Source: Candidatus Pacearchaeota archaeon UBA92
GTDB lineage: Archaea > Nanobdellota > Nanobdellia > Pacearchaeales > GW2011-AR1
DNA length: 32,000 bases
Direction: 5' to 3'
NCBI GenBank assembly: GCA_002497285.1
Contig: DANJ01000001.1
Coordinates: forward strand, 1-32,000
The notes under the pieces were generated by a model. The model was not told where the DNA came from. It ran no database searches and saw nothing but the letters and a program-made list of their open reading frames with translations. Position 1 is the stretch's first letter, and the number at the start of each line of letters is the position of its first letter. A program made the position numbers and the translations under genes. Below are positions 6,713 to 13,540 of the stretch, in pieces.

Positions 6713-6741
6713 TCCAAAAAAAACCTATCCTGATATATAAA
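6713..6741 (-). promoter_or_regulatory. Composite spacer: TATA-like box (6734-6741) and T8 tract (6713-6720) between pilin genes and the GC-rich membrane gene
   Basis: Minus strand reads stop(6747)-..atatttatatat..gttttttttgg..gaggg..ATG(6689). This could be an internal terminator and/or promoter. Confidence 0.3.
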
Positions 6742-6746
6742 TATTC

Positions 6747-7031
6747 CTAACCTACAGAAGTTGGAACTCTTCTTACCTTGATTTCAACCACTTCTTCTCC
6801 AAATCCAAAAAATCCAGAACTTGTCTTTGTTATAATCGGAACTGAATCTCCTATTCCAGAGAAACCAAAATTCTTAACCTCTATATTCAACTCCCTAACA
6901 GCACTATATCCCCTCACAACATCATCCTTACCTCGAGCATTATACAACATAAGAACAAGAAGTGCGAAAATAAACAATGCAATTACAGCAACAACAAATA
7001 TCGTAACAGGAATATTTCCTCTCTTTAACAT
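6747..7031 (-). CDS. Short pilin-like protein (class III signal peptide)
   Basis: MLKRG|NIPVTIFVVAVIALFIFALLVLML. 94 aa, no Cys. Its start overlaps the upstream stop by 7 nt. Confidence 0.55.
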   Translation of the reverse strand: MLKRGNIPVTIFVVAVIALFIFALLVLMLYNARGKDDVVRGYSAVRELNIEVKNFGFSGIGDSVPIITKTSSGFFGFGEEVVEIKVRRVPTSVG

Positions 7032-7468
7032 TTTAACCTCGCCTTCTTTTCATCAGTTAAAGAAACAGAAACCTCTCCTAACTTTGTTTCACCTATAACT
7101 CCAGAGTTTCTTTGAGCAACAAGATTTTCCAGAATGAAAAAATTACAATTAACCCCTGAATCAGAAAACTCAGTCAATCTCGGCCCTAGTGGAATAGTTA
7201 CTAAATTATATTCTCCACTTATAATATTATCTTTAATTGGACTCGCATCAGGTAATTCCTTGTAGTTCAACATCGCGAAAAGCATCTGTTGCGTTCCTAT
7301 AATTCCCTTCCCTTCATCTACTTTTATACCAAAACTTGTGCCTTCAAGACTCTTGCCTACAGAAATAAAAGAGCTCGCATAAATAAACACAAAAGTAATT
7401 ATCAATATTGCAATTGTAGCAACTATCCAAGTTGCAGTCTCTCCAATTTGTCCTCTCTTAAAGTGCAT
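7025..7468 (-). CDS. Pilin-like protein (class III signal peptide)
   Basis: MHFKRG|QIGETATWIVATIAILIITFVFIY. 147 aa, 2 Cys. It overlaps the upstream gene by 11 nt. Confidence 0.6.
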   Translation of the reverse strand: MHFKRGQIGETATWIVATIAILIITFVFIYASSFISVGKSLEGTSFGIKVDEGKGIIGTQQMLFAMLNYKELPDASPIKDNIISGEYNLVTIPLGPRLTEFSDSGVNCNFFILENLVAQRNSGVIGETKLGEVSVSLTDEKKARLKC

Positions 7469-7952
7469 TTTGTTTCACCTTATCAACTATAACCAAAATT
7501 TCAACCTTCTCAAACTTATCATCCTTCAAAACAAAAAAATTCCTATTCACGCAAATAGGAATATTCTTCCTTAAATCCTCTTGCTCGCATAATCCATGCA
7601 ATTTACTCTTAACTGCATCATTAGAACTTGCAATCTTATCTCCAATTTTAAACTCAATATAATACTGCTCATTGCCATTTTCATAATATCCGGTTTTATC
7701 TTCCAATACAAGTCCACATACAGCCTCCAATCCCTCGCTATCAAATCTATCCATAAAAGAGCTCAAATAAATTCCCTTATTAATAAAGCAATTAGTCAAT
7801 TTATCTGCAAGAATATTTCCCTCTGCCTCTCTTATATCTAAAGGTTTAGAAAAAAAGATTGAAACTCCACTTACCAATCCAATTATAACAATTACAAACA
7901 TGATAAACCAATAAATAGCCAATAATCTATCCCCTCCTATCTTATTAATCAT
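7458..7952 (-). CDS. Pilin-like protein (class III-like signal peptide)
   Basis: MINKIG|GDRLLAIYWFIMFVIVIIGLVSG. 164 aa, 4 Cys. ATGA overlap with the upstream stop at 7949-7952. Confidence 0.55.
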   Translation of the reverse strand: MINKIGGDRLLAIYWFIMFVIVIIGLVSGVSIFFSKPLDIREAEGNILADKLTNCFINKGIYLSSFMDRFDSEGLEAVCGLVLEDKTGYYENGNEQYYIEFKIGDKIASSNDAVKSKLHGLCEQEDLRKNIPICVNRNFFVLKDDKFEKVEILVIVDKVKQNAL

Positions 7953-8332
7953 TTTATTATTAGCGTCAAATACCTCCCCTTAAAACCATCCGAATTCAAA
8001 TCTAGAATATTACTTTCAACATTTACCTTATTAAAATAACCATAACTATATCCTGCGCCAGAGCCAAAATTAACATTAACTACATTATTATCAACTTGAA
8101 TCTTGCCCCCAGGATACTTGTTAAATTCATCTTCAACTCTTATTTGCACCTGCGTCCCTGGCTCAGCTTCATCAATGACTAAAGCAATTTGTTTAGCAAG
8201 CTGTTTTTCCAAAACAGATTGATTGCTTCCCTGTCTTGTTACAAAAACAAATAGAATGCTAATAAACACAATTATAAGAATAATAAATATCACATTCTCC
8301 ATTAAAATATTGCCTTTCTTCATTTTATTCAT
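7949..8332 (-). CDS. Pilin-like protein (class III signal peptide)
   Basis: MNKMKKG|NILMENVIFIILIIVFISILFVF, with Glu at +5. ATG 8332 lies 1 nt after the upstream TGA (8334-8336). The track's longer start at 8356 would overlap by 23 nt. Confidence 0.55.
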   Translation of the reverse strand: MNKMKKGNILMENVIFIILIIVFISILFVFVTRQGSNQSVLEKQLAKQIALVIDEAEPGTQVQIRVEDEFNKYPGGKIQVDNNVVNVNFGSGAGYSYGYFNKVNVESNILDLNSDGFKGRYLTLIIK

Positions 8333-8333
8333 T

Positions 8334-9242
8334 TCATGATAAAGTCGAAAACTCATAACAATTCAAATCTTTCAAAACCTTGGGCTCATTAGGATAATAT
8401 GTTGGAGGCAAAAACTGTCCATCCCCACCAGGTCCAGAAATAACTAATCCTGCAGTTCCACCTATGACTGCACCAATGGCTGCCCCTCCAATTACTAAGC
8501 TCGCACCTGCAGTAAATGGTGCTGCAACAACCGCAATTACACCTATGACTGCACCAGTCCCAACTCCGAAAAGTGCACTACCCCAACCTGATTCAGTAAG
8601 AGAGGTAACAACAACAAAATTTTTCCCACCTGTAAAAATATCCAATTTTCCAACATCTAAGTTCTCCAACTCCTTATTACTTGCCTTGAGCTGACTGAAA
8701 ACAGAATCAATGCTATTAATCTTATATATCTCAAAAAGAAGATTATTATCTCCATTTGGCGTCCTCTTACCCTTTAGAAAATAATACCACTCGGTATTGC
8801 TAACATTAATTATACCTTCTTCTTTAAGAGACTTATCAAAATAAATTCTATCGCATATTGCACAATAATTCTTATCTCCTCCAAAATTTTTCGGAGCATA
8901 ATTAACCTTTCCTTCGCCCATCTGCCAATAACAATTATAAACCAAATCACTCGCCTCATCAAGAAATTCCTGTTTATTCTCAACCTTTATCACAACCATA
9001 TCTTTCAAATCAACATCACAATCTTTAGTCTTTGAAAAACAAATATCTTCAGTCTTGCAATTTAACCTTGTTGAATCTCCAAGTGCTGTTCCTCTTAAAA
9101 TAACAGAATTTCTGCAAGTTTCAGAATTAATTTCAGATTTTAAATTCAGAGTAAAGAAAAAAAGCAAAATCACCGTAAAACTAACAATTAAAATAATTAT
9201 GGTTACAATCTGCTTACTAGTCAATTCACCTGTTTTATCCAT
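8334..9242 (-). CDS. Large pilin-like protein with an 8-Cys ectodomain and a C-terminal Gly/Ala-rich hydrophobic block
   Basis: MDKTG|ELTSKQIVTIIILIVSFTVILLFFF. 8 Cys. The C-terminal block is GWGSALFGVGTGAVIGVIAVVAAPFTAGASLVIGGAAIGAVIGGTAGLVISGPGGDG. Confidence 0.6.
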   Translation of the reverse strand: MDKTGELTSKQIVTIIILIVSFTVILLFFFTLNLKSEINSETCRNSVILRGTALGDSTRLNCKTEDICFSKTKDCDVDLKDMVVIKVENKQEFLDEASDLVYNCYWQMGEGKVNYAPKNFGGDKNYCAICDRIYFDKSLKEEGIINVSNTEWYYFLKGKRTPNGDNNLLFEIYKINSIDSVFSQLKASNKELENLDVGKLDIFTGGKNFVVVTSLTESGWGSALFGVGTGAVIGVIAVVAAPFTAGASLVIGGAAIGAVIGGTAGLVISGPGGDGQFLPPTYYPNEPKVLKDLNCYEFSTLS

Positions 9243-9243
9243 T

Positions 9244-9354
9244 CTAAGGAATAAACCTCTTAGTTAAAAAATATACTGCTCCGAGCAATACTACAAAAAA
9301 AGCAATCCAACTTAATATCCTTATCAAAAATTCGTAATCTCCTTTCTTATCCAT
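9244..9354 (-). CDS. Unannotated 36-aa mini pilin-like ORF
   Basis: My translation is MDKKG|DYEFLIRILSWIAFFVVLLGAVYFLTKRFIP. Its ATG overlaps the upstream stop region (ATGGATAA). Its TAG is 1 nt before the next ATG (9242). Confidence 0.4.
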   Translation of the reverse strand: MDKKGDYEFLIRILSWIAFFVVLLGAVYFLTKRFIP

Positions 9355-9793
9355 TTTTACTTATAGCAATTTTTCCTTCAGTTTTTTTAATGAACAAACC
9401 GGTTGGCCCATCTATCTTTATCGCTTCAAAGTTCTCAAATTCAGAAGAAACTTTCTCACAACTTCCCAACCTGTCACATTTATCCCTATTACCCCCATCA
9501 CAAATGCATAAACATTGATTTCCCAAACACGCTTCAGGTCCATTATTAAGAAAAGCAACCAAACTCCATCCATTAGGTCCGGTCATTATAAAATCATAAT
9601 CTTGGCTATTGCTTCCAGCCAATTCAACCCTTTCAACAACCTCGACCAAAGTAGACTCTGCCTTTGCAAGTTTATTCTTTTCAGAAAAAGTTCCATAAAT
9701 TCCAAAAAGCAAATACACAAGCAAAAGAATAGAAAGAATGGCAATAACCATCTTAAGCGTAAACTCTCCTAAAAGAAATCCTTTATTATTCAT
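9347..9793 (-). CDS. Pilin-like protein with bacterial-type G|FxxxE prepilin signature
   Basis: MNNKG|FLLGEFTLKMVIAILSILLLVYLLF. 6 Cys (CLGNQCLCICDGGNRDKCDRLGSC). GGAGGT at 9797-9802 sits 3 nt upstream of ATG 9793. The track start at 9805 is TTG. Confidence 0.65.
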   Translation of the reverse strand: MNNKGFLLGEFTLKMVIAILSILLLVYLLFGIYGTFSEKNKLAKAESTLVEVVERVELAGSNSQDYDFIMTGPNGWSLVAFLNNGPEACLGNQCLCICDGGNRDKCDRLGSCEKVSSEFENFEAIKIDGPTGLFIKKTEGKIAISKNG

Positions 9794-10232
9794 TCTTACC
9801 TCCAATCTTATAAATTTCAGTCCCTATTTTCTCAGCACCATTTATCTCTCCCAAATTAACATCTTCTTTCAAATAACTACTATCTATCTCAATAATACCA
9901 TTCTTATCTACTGTTCCAATTTTATCATCTATCCAAAAATCATCTCTGTAAATGTTAGTCACGTCACTTTTCCAGAAATAATAAAGTGTCTTTTTCCCCC
10001 CTATACTAATATACTTCGCCTTATCACCTTGCACAATTGTAGCAACCAAATTCTCATCCTTAATCAACTCCTGATAGTAAGGCGTAGTAATATCTTTCTG
10101 CTCTCCTCCTGGAACATCTGTGAAATAAGGAATTATATAATTCTTAAAACTAAAAGCAATGGAAGCAACAACAATTACAAAAACTAAAACTGCAATTATT
10201 ATCTTTATTATTTGTCCAGTAGTTAGTTCCAT
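9786..10232 (-). CDS. Pilin-like protein (class III-like N-terminus)
   Basis: MELTTG|QIIKIIIAVLVFVIVVASIAFSF. 148 aa, no Cys. Its ATG overlaps the upstream mini-ORF stop (TAATG). Confidence 0.55.
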   Translation of the reverse strand: MELTTGQIIKIIIAVLVFVIVVASIAFSFKNYIIPYFTDVPGGEQKDITTPYYQELIKDENLVATIVQGDKAKYISIGGKKTLYYFWKSDVTNIYRDDFWIDDKIGTVDKNGIIEIDSSYLKEDVNLGEINGAEKIGTEIYKIGGKNE

Positions 10233-10375
10233 TACCTAAATAAGTTCTTTAGAAACTCCCCCATACCAATAAGTTTATCTTTCAGTAAATAAGCAAAAAT
10301 AATAACTATTATGAGAACAACTATTGCTATAAGCCAAGGCATCATAGTATCCCAGATAATCCCTCTCTTTCTCAT
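10232..10375 (-). CDS. Unannotated 47-aa mini pilin-like ORF, first gene of the operon
   Basis: My translation is MRKRG|IIWDTMMPWLIAIVVLIIVIIFAYLLKDKLIGMGEFLKNLFR. A TATA box is centred 25.5 nt upstream. TAATG coupling links it to the next gene. Confidence 0.45.
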   Translation of the reverse strand: MRKRGIIWDTMMPWLIAIVVLIIVIIFAYLLKDKLIGMGEFLKNLFR

Positions 10376-10396
10376 ATCAGTTAAAACTCCCTTATT

Positions 10397-10404
10397 CTTA
10401 TAAA
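10397..10404 (-). promoter_or_regulatory. TATA box of the pilin operon
   Basis: Minus-strand tttataag. Its centre is 25.5 nt from ATG 10375. Confidence 0.45.
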
Positions 10405-10416
10405 CCTAACCATACA

Positions 10417-10424
10417 ATTTATAA
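10417..10424 (+). promoter_or_regulatory. TATA box for the platform-protein gene (divergent from the pilin operon)
   Basis: atttataa. Its centre is 41.5 nt from ATG 10462, which implies a short leader containing aaggggaaa. Confidence 0.35.
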
Positions 10425-10461
10425 CTTTCCATTTCATTATTAATATATAGAAAAGGGGAAA

Positions 10462-12603
10462 ATGGCATCAACAGAAGACATCTTAAAAAAATATGGAGCT
10501 AAGATAGAATCCAAAATGGATTCTCCTAAAACCTATTCAAAAGAATACACTCAATTCAAACAAGATATGCTCCCAGAATTATCAAGATACAAAAGATGGA
10601 CTAAAACTTTGGGGAATATAGTAAACATAAAAGTATCTGAAAAAGACAGAGCAAGAATGCAGAAATACCTAGACATCGCTCATCTTGATGTAACTCCGAG
10701 TCAAGCCCTAACTTTAGCAATCTTCTCACTATTAGTAGTATTCTCAGGAATAATTCTTTTAGTAATGGCAATATTTTTCATAACTGGAGAATTTCAGATT
10801 CTTCTTTTATTCCTTGGACTAATTGCATCAATATTTGTCTTTTACTACACTTACACAATGCCTCAAAGGCTTGCAAGTTCGTGGAGATTAAAAGCATCCT
10901 CTCAAATGGTTCCTGCAGTTCTTTATGTGGTTGTTTACATGAAACATACATCTAACTTAGAAAGGGCAATTGAGTTTGCATCACAGCATTTAGAAATTCC
11001 ATTAGCCTTGGATTTCAGAAAGGTAATCTATGATGTAGAAATAGGAAAGTTCTCATCAATAAAACAATCCTTAGATGCATACTTAGAAAACTGGAGAGAT
11101 TATGCTTCAGAATTTGTTGAGTCCTTTCATTTGATAGAATCATCTCTATTTGAACCATCAGAAACAAGAAGGGTGCAAATCTTAGAAAAAGCACTTCAGG
11201 TAATTCTCGATGGAGTCTATGAAAAAATGTTAAGATATTCAAGACAGATTCGTTCCCCTTTAACTAACGTTTACATGCTTGGAATAATTCTTCCAACTCT
11301 TGGACTAGCATTACTTCCTCTAGCTTCTGCATTGTTACAAGGAGCAATCCAATGGCAACACGTCTTTATTCTATTCAATGTAATCATTCCTTTCTTTGTC
11401 TTTTACCTCACTTCAGAAATACTTTTGAAACGTCCTGGGGGACACGGAGAATCTTCTGTCCTTGAGCTAAATCCAAATTATGAACAATATGCTTCCAAAA
11501 AACCATGGGTCAAATCATTCATAATTTCATTTCCGCTTCTAATTGTCGGATTATTACCCTTTATATTCCAAATAGATTTCTTAACTTCAGCCCTAGGATT
11601 AAAATCGGACTACACATTCTCAGAATTAGGAATTCCTTTCCTCGAAGGCATGAAACTATTTGACTTCAAAGAAGTCTCCGGACATTTAACAGGTCCATTT
11701 GGAATAGGTGCAATCTTATTAAGTTTCTTAGTTCCAATATCAATTGCATTATTCTTCTCAATAGCTTATAATAAAAAAACAATTCAGTTGATAAAATCTA
11801 GAGAAGACACAATTGCTTTAGAAGCCGAATTTACCAATTCATTATTCCAACTTGGAAACAGATTAGGGGACGGAACTCCCGCAGAAATTGCATTTGCAAA
11901 AGTTGCAGAATCCACACAAGGACAAAGAACACAAAGCTTCTTCGCATTAGTTAATCAAAATATACAGCAACTAGGAATGTCTGTAGAACAGGCAATTTTC
12001 AATCCAAAAAGAGGCGCAATAATTTACTATCCTTCATCATTAATCTCAACATCTATGCGTATTCTAGTTGAATCTGTAAAGAAAGGCCTGCAAGTAGCCG
12101 CCCGTTCATTAATGTCAATTTCTGAATACGTAAAAAACATTCAAAGAATAAATGAACGTCTCAGAGATTTGCTAGCAGAAATTGTTTCAGATATGAAAAG
12201 CAATATGACTTTCCTCGCCCCACTTCTTGCAGGAATAGTTGTAGGACTTTCAGCAATGATTGCATTAATATTAAACAAACTTGCAGAACTTACTGCACTA
12301 ACAGGAACCGAGGGTTTAGACACTGGATTTACATTCTCAGCAATAACAGATATATTCGACATAACAACCATTATCCCCCCATATTTCATACAGATTTCAA
12401 TAGGCCTATACATTGTAGAGATAATACTCATACTAACTTCAGCATTGGTTACAGTAGATTCAGGCAAAGACCCACTAAAGACAAAATATGAGTCCTCAAA
12501 AAATCTTACAAGAGGAATGCTTCTTTATGTCATAACAGCATTTCTATCAACCATGGCTTTATCAATCCTGGCAGCAATTGCATTATCTGGATTAGCAACA
12601 TAA
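10462..12603 (+). CDS. Type IV pilus/archaellum-type platform membrane protein (FlaJ/TadC/PilC family, two T2SSF-like domains)
   Basis: 713 aa. Two helical cytoplasmic modules are each followed by TM bundles (LERAIEFASQHLEIPLALDFRKVIYDVEIGKFSSIKQSLDAYL... and ...GTPAEIAFAKVAEST..GMSVEQAIFNPKRGAIIYYPSSLISTSMRILVESVKKG). It sits between the pilin operon and the ATPase. Confidence 0.65.
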   Translation: MASTEDILKKYGAKIESKMDSPKTYSKEYTQFKQDMLPELSRYKRWTKTLGNIVNIKVSEKDRARMQKYLDIAHLDVTPSQALTLAIFSLLVVFSGIILLVMAIFFITGEFQILLLFLGLIASIFVFYYTYTMPQRLASSWRLKASSQMVPAVLYVVVYMKHTSNLERAIEFASQHLEIPLALDFRKVIYDVEIGKFSSIKQSLDAYLENWRDYASEFVESFHLIESSLFEPSETRRVQILEKALQVILDGVYEKMLRYSRQIRSPLTNVYMLGIILPTLGLALLPLASALLQGAIQWQHVFILFNVIIPFFVFYLTSEILLKRPGGHGESSVLELNPNYEQYASKKPWVKSFIISFPLLIVGLLPFIFQIDFLTSALGLKSDYTFSELGIPFLEGMKLFDFKEVSGHLTGPFGIGAILLSFLVPISIALFFSIAYNKKTIQLIKSREDTIALEAEFTNSLFQLGNRLGDGTPAEIAFAKVAESTQGQRTQSFFALVNQNIQQLGMSVEQAIFNPKRGAIIYYPSSLISTSMRILVESVKKGLQVAARSLMSISEYVKNIQRINERLRDLLAEIVSDMKSNMTFLAPLLAGIVVGLSAMIALILNKLAELTALTGTEGLDTGFTFSAITDIFDITTIIPPYFIQISIGLYIVEIILILTSALVTVDSGKDPLKTKYESSKNLTRGMLLYVITAFLSTMALSILAAIALSGLAT

Positions 12604-12604
12604 A

Positions 12605-13540
12605 ATGTATAAACCAAAAACTTACAAAAAAGCCTATTTGAAAGTCGAAAACGGACACGAATTATATTATGAATTATCTGGAAATCCTAAGGGCAAACCA
12701 GTAATCTTTTTGCATGGTGGTCCCGGAGGGGGATTCTCAGAAAGAGATAAAAGATTTTTCAATCCCAAGTTTAACATGATTCACTTGGACCAAAGAGGTT
12801 CCGGAAAAAGCAAACCTCTGGCATCCTTGAAAAATAACACAACTCCCGAGTTAGTTAAAGATATAAAAGAACTCCTAAATTTTTTAAAAATAAAAAAGGT
12901 ATTTTTATTCGGAGGAAGTTGGGGCTCGACTCTCGCATTAGCTTACGCAATAAAATATCCAGAAACAGTCGCCGGAATGGTTTTACGCGGAATTTACATC
13001 CCTTCGAAAGAAGAAAACGAATATTTCACATACGAAGCTAAAGACAACTTTCCAGAGCAATGGAAAGAACTTGCCTCATTAGTACCTGAAGAAATAATAA
13101 AAAAGAAACAAATAGAAAAATATTATTACAAAAAAATTATTTCCGCAGAAAAAGACATAAGAGAAAAATATGTAAAAGCATGGGCAAGATACGAATTCTC
13201 AATATCCAAGTTAAACTACTCCGAAAAAAAAGTCCAAAGGGTAATGAAAGAAGTTAAAGTTGAAGCTTTTTCAGCAATAGAACTTCATTATTTAACAAAT
13301 AACTGTTTCATGCCAAAAGATTACATAATGAATAACTTACACCGAATCTCACACATTCCAACTTCTATAATTCATGGCCGTTATGATTGTGTTTGTCGTC
13401 CTTTATCCGCATACAAACTTCATAAAAAACTTCACAACTCAAAACTTTTCTTCACAATTGCAGGTCATAGCGCTTCAGAAGAAGAAACTCAAAAACTATT
13501 GACAAAAGAAATGGACAGAATTGGAAAAATAAGAGTCTAA
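12605..13540 (+). CDS. pip: Proline iminopeptidase (S33 alpha/beta hydrolase)
   Basis: HELYYELSGNPKGKPVIFLHGGPGGG, nucleophile elbow GGSWGSTLALAYA, and C-terminal GHSA. Its ATG lies 1 nt after the platform gene stop. Confidence 0.85.
   Translation: MYKPKTYKKAYLKVENGHELYYELSGNPKGKPVIFLHGGPGGGFSERDKRFFNPKFNMIHLDQRGSGKSKPLASLKNNTTPELVKDIKELLNFLKIKKVFLFGGSWGSTLALAYAIKYPETVAGMVLRGIYIPSKEENEYFTYEAKDNFPEQWKELASLVPEEIIKKKQIEKYYYKKIISAEKDIREKYVKAWARYEFSISKLNYSEKKVQRVMKEVKVEAFSAIELHYLTNNCFMPKDYIMNNLHRISHIPTSIIHGRYDCVCRPLSAYKLHKKLHNSKLFFTIAGHSASEEETQKLLTKEMDRIGKIRV

Noticed and set aside
9738-10187. 149-aa + strand ORF and similar 60-110 aa ORFs (6778-7098, 7289-7492, 7596-7841, 8464-8694, 9055-9267, 9515-9772) opposite the pilin operon
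   Set aside because: All lie antisense to tightly coupled genes with consistent class III N-termini. They have no TATA or SD context and give low-complexity translations.
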